Shown here piece after piece: positions 58,379 to 64,000 of a stretch of 64,000 bases of DNA (position 1 is the first letter of the stretch; every line of letters starts with the position of its first letter). Source of the stretch: Sphingomonadaceae bacterium (lineage in GTDB: Bacteria; Pseudomonadota; Alphaproteobacteria; Sphingomonadales; Sphingomonadaceae); NCBI GenBank assembly GCA_025356175.1, contig JANXUP010000039.1, positions 2,174 to 66,173 of the forward strand. Direction: 5' to 3'. The position numbers were made by a program, and so were the translations under genes. Below the pieces are notes generated by a model. The model did not search any database, was not told the DNA's origin, and was given only the letters and a program-made list of their open reading frames with translations.

Positions 58379-58552
58379 GGTTCGCACAGAGGCGCAGACA
58401 AGTAAGCCGGGACGCCGAGGCGTTGTGCCAAACCGCATTCTCCCCGTTAAATGTTCGTTGCCCGAGAATCAGCCCGGTAGCGAGCTAAGCGGCTGCGCCG
58501 CAAACGCGGCACCTCTGCGCCTCACTTTCTCCTCTGCGCCTCTGCGTGAACC
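58379..58552. repeat. Intergenic inverted repeat (REP/MITE-like)
   Basis: GGTTCGCACAGAGGCGCAGA (58379-58398) matches the reverse complement of TCTGCGCCTCTGCGTGAACC (58533-58552) at 18/20. An extra CCTCTGCGCCTC copy lies at 58512-58523. Confidence 0.65.
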
Positions 58553-58562
58553 AGTTTTTCCT

Positions 58563-60212
58563 TCAGCTCTCCGAAAACTTCCGCTGCCCGGCCAGCACGG
58601 TCATCCGCTTGGTCCCGCTCAGCACGGTGCTGCGCTGGCGCACGGTCGCAAGGAAGCGGTACTCCGAACTGGCCGAGGCCGAGGTCAGTTCGACCGCCAT
58701 ATAGCCGCGCTGCGACATGTCGCACCACTTGAGCTGCGGGTTACGCGCGACCGTGGCCCGCGCCATTTCATCGGGCTTCAGCCAGCGGATCGATCCTTCC
58801 GCGCCGGGCGAGGTGACCGAGGTTCCGGCCATCTCGACCCCGACCAGCGTGCCCTTGCGGTCAAGATCGAAGGCCCAGGCGTTGTGGCTGTCGCCCGACA
58901 GCACCACCAGATTGGCATCGGCGTTGAGCGCGGACTTGAACAGCCGCTCGCGTGCGGCGGGATAGCCGTCCCACGAATCCATGTTGAGCGGCAGATCGAC
59001 CTTGCCCGCCGCGACATCGACGATCAGGCGGTCCTTGATGAAGTTCGACGTGGTGACGGGCATCCCGGCGATCACGTCTGGCCCCATCGCGATGCTGCCC
59101 ATCACAATCTGCTGCGCCACGACCTGCCACGGCTTGCGCGCCTTGACCGAGGTCTTGAGCGCGCCCGCCAGCCAGGCTTCCTGCGTGGCACCAAGCAGCG
59201 TGTGCGCGGGATCGCGCCAGGTGCCGTCGCGGAACTTTGCCAGCGCCGCCTCGGCCTGATCCTCGGGCAGGCCTTTGGCGACGCCGAGCATGTCGACTTG
59301 CTTGGTCCGCGCGGTCAGCCGACTTTCGATCTTGAACAGCGTCGCCAGTTGCCCGATCTCGTAAGTGCCCCAATCGTGGTCCGAAACCGGGAGCCATTCG
59401 CGGTAAGCGCGGCGCGCGGCAGCCTTGCGCATGGCCCACGGGCCTTCGCTGGCGGCATCGTGGTTTTCCGCGCCGTCCGCATAGCTGTCGTTGGCGCTTT
59501 CGTGATCGTCCCACATCAGCACCCACGGCAGCAGCTGGTGGAGCCGCTGAAGGTCCGGGTCGGCGCGGTAAGTGGCGTGGCGTTCGCGGTAAGTGGCCAG
59601 CGTCGCCGCTTCGTCCACCGGCAGGACGCGGCCTTCGAGGGTTTGCTTGGCGCTCGGATATTCGCCGCGCTTGTACTCATAGTAATAGTCGCCGAGGTGC
59701 ACCGCGAGATCGAAATCGTTGTTTTCTGCCGCGTGGGCATAGGCGTTGAACCAGCCGAACCCGAAGTTCGAGCATGAGAACACCGCCATTCGGAACTTGT
59801 CGGTTTTGCCCACCGGGAGCGTGCGGGTGCGGCCGGTGACCGACTTGGTCCCGTCGGGCGCGATGAAGCGGTAATGGTACCAGGTGCCGGGCCGCAGCCC
59901 GGCCGCGTGGCCTTTGGCGCAGCTGTCTGCGTTGGGCGAAGCCAGCGCTTCGCCGTGCGCGACGATGTGGGCGAACTGGTCGTCGCTCGCCATTTCCCAG
60001 CGCAGCTTGGCTTCGCCGCCGCTGACGTAGCGGGTCCACAGCAGCACGCGGGTCGCGCCCGGCTCGCCGCTGGCGACGCCGTGCGAAAAGCCCTTGGGCA
60101 CCTGTGCGAGCAACGGCACCCCGGCTCCCGCCAGTCCGAGCACCGCGAGCTTCATCGCAGCGCGGCGGCTGGCCGGCAGGATCGGGGCCGGTTCTGGCGG
60201 GTACATCGACAT
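58563..60212 (-). CDS. phoD: Alkaline phosphatase D family protein (Tat-exported)
   Basis: SRRAAMK Tat-like signal, HGVASG, FSCSN, HLGDY.YE, WDDHE, DSWDGY and SGDSH motifs. Confidence 0.92.
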   Translation of the reverse strand: MSMYPPEPAPILPASRRAAMKLAVLGLAGAGVPLLAQVPKGFSHGVASGEPGATRVLLWTRYVSGGEAKLRWEMASDDQFAHIVAHGEALASPNADSCAKGHAAGLRPGTWYHYRFIAPDGTKSVTGRTRTLPVGKTDKFRMAVFSCSNFGFGWFNAYAHAAENNDFDLAVHLGDYYYEYKRGEYPSAKQTLEGRVLPVDEAATLATYRERHATYRADPDLQRLHQLLPWVLMWDDHESANDSYADGAENHDAASEGPWAMRKAAARRAYREWLPVSDHDWGTYEIGQLATLFKIESRLTARTKQVDMLGVAKGLPEDQAEAALAKFRDGTWRDPAHTLLGATQEAWLAGALKTSVKARKPWQVVAQQIVMGSIAMGPDVIAGMPVTTSNFIKDRLIVDVAAGKVDLPLNMDSWDGYPAARERLFKSALNADANLVVLSGDSHNAWAFDLDRKGTLVGVEMAGTSVTSPGAEGSIRWLKPDEMARATVARNPQLKWCDMSQRGYMAVELTSASASSEYRFLATVRQRSTVLSGTKRMTVLAGQRKFSES

Positions 60213-60283
60213 CGCTATCTCCCTGAATTTTGCGCTAGCCTAGCGCGGTTTCGTGACAGGGCAAAGTCGGCGTTCGGCCACCA

Positions 60284-60355
60284 ATGACAAGTTCCCTTGA
60301 CTTGTGACACGAATCATGACAAGTTACCTTTACTTCATTGCAAGGACACTTGACC
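60284..60355. promoter_or_regulatory. Repeated operator-like boxes upstream of the XRE operon
   Basis: ATGACAAGTTCCCTTGACTT (60284-60303) and ATGACAAGTTACCTTTACTT (60316-60335) are 18/20 identical. A third CAAG-N4-CTTGAC box lies just before the ATG. Confidence 0.65.
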
Positions 60356-60532
60356 ATGACCCCAATCCGCACCAGCCTGTTCTGGGCCGCCGCCTTCATC
60401 CTCCTCGCGCTCGCCAACCGCTTAAGCCTCATCGCCGACAAGGATGCGACCACGATGTTTGCCGTGCTGCCCGCGCTGTGGGTGACCAGCGGCGGACTGG
60501 GGCGTTGCCGCTGGCGCAAGGTGGCGGCGTGA
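60356..60532 (+). CDS. Small membrane protein
   Basis: MTPIRTSLFWAAAFILLALA..., AAGGA SD, GTGA overlap with the next gene. Confidence 0.6.
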   Translation: MTPIRTSLFWAAAFILLALANRLSLIADKDATTMFAVLPALWVTSGGLGRCRWRKVAA

Positions 60533-61140
60533 CCTGGTCCTCACGCTGGCGGGTGGCTGGTCGGCACCCCGGGCTGTGGGGGTTGGTGTTCGGCGGCGGG
60601 ATGGGCATCATTGCCTGGCTTGAAGACAGCCAGCGGATCGCCTTCCCGGTAAACCTGCTGCTGATTGCGCTCGTGTCGCTCAGCCTGATCCCGCTCGGCC
60701 ACGCCATCCGCAATCGGGAGGTCGCCTGCGGGATCAATTCTCCGGCTTTGCGCACTTACAACCGCCGCGCGCTGGTCTGGGCCTTCGCTTACATGGGCGC
60801 GCTGGCAATCGCGCTAACCGCGCGCAACACCTGGCACCCCGCCGGACCGGTGCTGTGGCTGCTGGCCGTGCTGCCAAGCCTGCCGATCTTCTATTTCGTC
60901 TGGTCGCTGGGGCGCTATCTGGCCGAAGAGCAGGATGAATACCTGCGGATGCGGCAGATCCAGTCCGGCCTGTTCGCGACCGGACTGTTGCTGGTGGTCG
61001 CCACGTTCTGGGGTTTCCTCGAGACTTTCGGGATCGTCCCGCACGCCGAGGGCTGGTGGGCCATCGCAATCTGGGCGGCCGGGCTGGGCCTGGGCAATTT
61101 CATCCAGACCCTGCGTGACCGGCAGGATCGCAATCCATGA
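60529..61140 (+). CDS. Polytopic membrane protein
   Basis: About 6 TMs and a QDEYLR motif. Coupled to both flanking genes. Confidence 0.7.
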   Translation: MTWSSRWRVAGRHPGLWGLVFGGGMGIIAWLEDSQRIAFPVNLLLIALVSLSLIPLGHAIRNREVACGINSPALRTYNRRALVWAFAYMGALAIALTARNTWHPAGPVLWLLAVLPSLPIFYFVWSLGRYLAEEQDEYLRMRQIQSGLFATGLLLVVATFWGFLETFGIVPHAEGWWAIAIWAAGLGLGNFIQTLRDRQDRNP

Positions 61141-61328
61141 ACAGCCGCCTCAAGGTCCTGCGCGCGGAGCGCAGCTGGAGCCAGCAGGATCTGGCCGAAC
61201 GGCTCGGGGTCTCGCGCCAGAGCGTCAACGCGATCGAGACCGGCAAGTACGATCCCTCGCTCCCGCTCGCCTTCCGCATCGCCGACTTGTTCGAAATGAC
61301 CATCGAAGACGTGTTCCAGCGTGACTGA
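61137..61328 (+). CDS. XRE-family HTH transcriptional regulator
   Basis: LKVLRAERSWSQQDLAERLGVSRQSVNAIETGKYDPSLPLAF. Confidence 0.93.
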   Translation: MNSRLKVLRAERSWSQQDLAERLGVSRQSVNAIETGKYDPSLPLAFRIADLFEMTIEDVFQRD

Positions 61329-61357
61329 GCAGCGCCGATTGGGCATGCTCGCGGAGC

Positions 61358-62104
61358 ATGAGCGAAACCCGGTTCCACACCCTGGCTGACGGCCGCCGGA
61401 TCGCGTTCCGTTTTGCGCCGGGCAGCGGTCCGGCGCTGGTCTTCCTGCCGGGCTACATGAGCGACATGGCGGGCGGCAAGGCCACCGCAGTGTTCGATTG
61501 GGCGCGCGGGCAGGGTCGCGCCTGCCTGCTGCTCGACTATTCGGGCTGCGGGCAAAGCGATGGACGCTTTGCCGATGGCACGCTCAGCTGCTGGCGCGAT
61601 GAAGTGCTCGGCCTGATCGATGCCTGCTGCACAGGCCCGGTGGCGTTGGTCGGTTCGTCGATGGGCGGGTGGCTGATGCTGCTGGTCGCGCTGGCCGCGC
61701 CGGACAAGGTGGCGGCGCTGGCCGGGATCGCAGTGGCGCCGGACTTTACCGACTGGGGCTATGACGAGGCGCAGAAGGCCCGGCTGGCGGCGGGGGACAC
61801 GGTTTACGAGGACAACCCCTATGGCCCGGAGCCCACGCCCATGCACGCAGCGTTCTGGCACGACGGCGAGGCGCAGCGGTTGCTCGGCAGCGAAATCGCC
61901 CTGACTTGCCCGGTGCGCCTGATCCACGGACAAGCCGATGCCGATGTGCCGTGGGACCTGTCCTTGCGCCTGGCGCAGCGGCTGCGTTCAACCGATGTGC
62001 AGGTCGTGCTGGTCAAGGACGGCGACCACCGGCTCTCGCGCGACGCGGATATCGCCCTGCTGCTGCGCACGATCGCTGCCCTGCCCTGCGATACCTTGCC
62101 GTGA
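61358..62104 (+). CDS. Alpha/beta hydrolase
   Basis: PGYMSDM.G.KA, GSSMGG nucleophile elbow, D.DVP and GDHRLS motifs. Confidence 0.9.
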   Translation: MSETRFHTLADGRRIAFRFAPGSGPALVFLPGYMSDMAGGKATAVFDWARGQGRACLLLDYSGCGQSDGRFADGTLSCWRDEVLGLIDACCTGPVALVGSSMGGWLMLLVALAAPDKVAALAGIAVAPDFTDWGYDEAQKARLAAGDTVYEDNPYGPEPTPMHAAFWHDGEAQRLLGSEIALTCPVRLIHGQADADVPWDLSLRLAQRLRSTDVQVVLVKDGDHRLSRDADIALLLRTIAALPCDTLP

Positions 62105-62123
62105 TATCGGGAACCGAATTTTC

Positions 62124-62978
62124 ATGCCGCTGACCCTGCTTCTGCCCTTGCTTGCCCAAGTCGGCCCCGGCGGCGCGCTGCCACAGGCCCCGCTGCCCGT
62201 ACACCGCGCCAAGCCCGCGATAAGCCAATCCGCGCCCACCTCGCCGCCTGCCACAATCCTGTCGGCCGGGCTGCAGACCTGCCTCAAGCTGGCGCAGGAC
62301 AACCCGTCCGACGCGATCGACGAGGCCGAAGGCTGGCTGGCGGCGGCCAAGGCCATGAAGGACAAGGCCGGCGCGCAGCAATGCAAGGCGCTGGCGCTGA
62401 CCCGCACCGAGGGGTGGGCCGAGGCAGCAACATTGTTCCTCGCCGCGCGCGAAAATACGCCCGCGAACGAGCCCGGCGAGCGCGCCCGGCTCGGCGCGCT
62501 GGCGGGAAATGCGCTGCTGGTGACAGGCGATACCGTCACTGCACTCAGCGCGCTCGACCATGCTCACGGCGATGCCCATACGGCGGGCGACCACAAGCTC
62601 AACGGTATCATTCAGATCGACCGCGCCCGCGCATTGGCGGCGTTGAAGCGCGATGCCGAAGCGTCCGCCGCGCTTGAAGAAGCGCGCTATGAATTGCCGG
62701 ACAATTACCAGGCCTGGCTCCTCTCGGCGACTTTGTCGCGGCGCGATGGCAAACTCGGTGCGGCGCAAAGCCAGATCGAACGCGCCGCCGCGCTGATGCC
62801 GGTCGATCCCGAGATCGGGCTAGAGGCCGGGGTGATCGCGGTCCTGTCGGGCCGCGACGAAGCGGCGCGCAAAAGCTGGCAATCGGTGATCGTGGCCGCG
62901 CCGGGCAGCACATTCGCCAAGACCGCGCAGGGTTATCTTGACCAGCTGGGCCCGCCGCGCGCATCACCTGCCAAGTGA
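62124..62978 (+). CDS. Secreted TPR-containing protein
   Basis: Signal-like N-terminus and helical TPR-like repeats (AWLLSATLSRR, EIGLEAG). ATG at 62124. Confidence 0.7.
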   Translation: MPLTLLLPLLAQVGPGGALPQAPLPVHRAKPAISQSAPTSPPATILSAGLQTCLKLAQDNPSDAIDEAEGWLAAAKAMKDKAGAQQCKALALTRTEGWAEAATLFLAARENTPANEPGERARLGALAGNALLVTGDTVTALSALDHAHGDAHTAGDHKLNGIIQIDRARALAALKRDAEASAALEEARYELPDNYQAWLLSATLSRRDGKLGAAQSQIERAAALMPVDPEIGLEAGVIAVLSGRDEAARKSWQSVIVAAPGSTFAKTAQGYLDQLGPPRASPAK

Positions 62979-63970
62979 CCAGCCCGAACCAACCCGCCCT
63001 TTCCGTCCTCGACCTTGTCCCGGTCCGCGAAGGCGGCACTCCGGCCGAGGCACTGGCCGATGCCGCTGTGCTGGCCCAGGCAGCGGAGGCGGCCGGTTAC
63101 AACCGCTTCTGGGTGGCCGAGCATCACGGCATGGCCGGGGTAGCGGGCGGAGCGACTGCGGTCGTGCTCGCCCATATCGGCGCGGCGACCAGCACCATCC
63201 GCATTGGCGCGGGCGGGATCATGCTGCCCAACCACAGCCCGTTCGTGATCGCCGAGCAGTTCGGCACGCTCGACGCGCTTTATCCCGGGCGGATCGACCT
63301 TGGCCTTGGCCGCGCGCCGGGGGCCGACCAGCGGATCGGGCAGGCGCTGCGCAAGGATCTGGGCCGGGCTTCGGAATATTTCCCGCAAGACGTGGCCGAA
63401 CTGCGCGCGCTGTTCACCGGCGAGCCCGACATCGGCATTCGCGCGACTCCCGGACACGGGGCCAAGGTGGAAATGTGGATCCTCGGCTCAAGTCTGTTCG
63501 GCGCGCAGCTCGCTGCGGCGCTGGGGCTACCCTATGCCTTTGCCTCGCACTTCGCGCCCGATTATCTCGATCAGGCGCTCGAGATTTACCGCCGCCAGTT
63601 CCGCCCCTCGGAGGCGCTGGAGCGCCCGCACGTGATGGCGGCGATGAACGTGCTGGCCGCCGATAGCGACGCGGAAGCGGTGCTGCTCGCCTCGTCGATC
63701 GACCAGAGCTTCGTCAATCTGCGCAGCGGCAATCCAAAGCAGTTGCAGCCGCCGGTGCCGGGCTACCTCCAGACCCTGCCGCCCGGCCAGCTCGCGATGC
63801 TCGAACACATGCGGCAAGTGAGCGCGATCGGCAGCAAGGCCACCGTGGCCTCTGCCATCGCGCAATTCGCCGAACGCACCAAGGCCGATGAAATCATTGT
63901 ATCGGGCGCGACTTTCGATCCTGCGGCTCGCCGCAAGTCACTCACCCTCACCATGGAAGCGCTGGACTAG
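62975..63970 (+). CDS. LLM-class (luciferase-like) flavin-dependent oxidoreductase
   Basis: LSVLDL, RFWVAEHH, GAGGIMLPNH, PGRIDLGLGRAPG and FASHF motifs. Confidence 0.92.
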   Translation: MTSPNQPALSVLDLVPVREGGTPAEALADAAVLAQAAEAAGYNRFWVAEHHGMAGVAGGATAVVLAHIGAATSTIRIGAGGIMLPNHSPFVIAEQFGTLDALYPGRIDLGLGRAPGADQRIGQALRKDLGRASEYFPQDVAELRALFTGEPDIGIRATPGHGAKVEMWILGSSLFGAQLAAALGLPYAFASHFAPDYLDQALEIYRRQFRPSEALERPHVMAAMNVLAADSDAEAVLLASSIDQSFVNLRSGNPKQLQPPVPGYLQTLPPGQLAMLEHMRQVSAIGSKATVASAIAQFAERTKADEIIVSGATFDPAARRKSLTLTMEALD

Positions 63971-64000
63971 GGCCTATTCTCTAGGGGCAGATGGTTGCAC

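Overview
GC-rich alphaproteobacterial window. Gene content and the IS6 variant suggest Sphingomonadales (Novosphingobium/Erythrobacter-like); this is an inference. In order: a partial MFS gene and MocR regulator; a decayed IS6 end; a reduced virB2-3-4-6-8-9-10-11 type IV secretion operon plus a second, divergent virB2-like gene; gdhA; and a ~24 kb cluster (12.1-36.1 kb) that is the main find. The cluster combines an FAD oxidoreductase fused to two cyclic-nucleotide-binding domains and a 16-Cys ferredoxin, a His-rich membrane protein, two decaheme c-type cytochromes, a c554-like cytochrome, a double-GlcG lipoprotein, an outer-membrane barrel, a CycH-like factor, two CHASE2 adenylate cyclases, a CpdA-like phosphodiesterase and a DUF5706/Pycsar-effector-like protein. 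It reads as a candidate cAMP-gated trans-envelope electron conduit. A MITE sits between the Shine-Dalgarno sequence and the start codon of the oxidoreductase. After a second IS6 end come stress/signalling genes (including a CheB-CheR-PAS-HWE kinase split by an in-frame TAG), an autotransporter, cydAB, an acyl-CoA ligase, thrS (with a Thr-rich leader peptide and a low-GC internal patch), phoD and housekeeping genes. No rRNA, tRNA or CRISPR array was seen. All family calls come from motif recognition by eye, not database searches.
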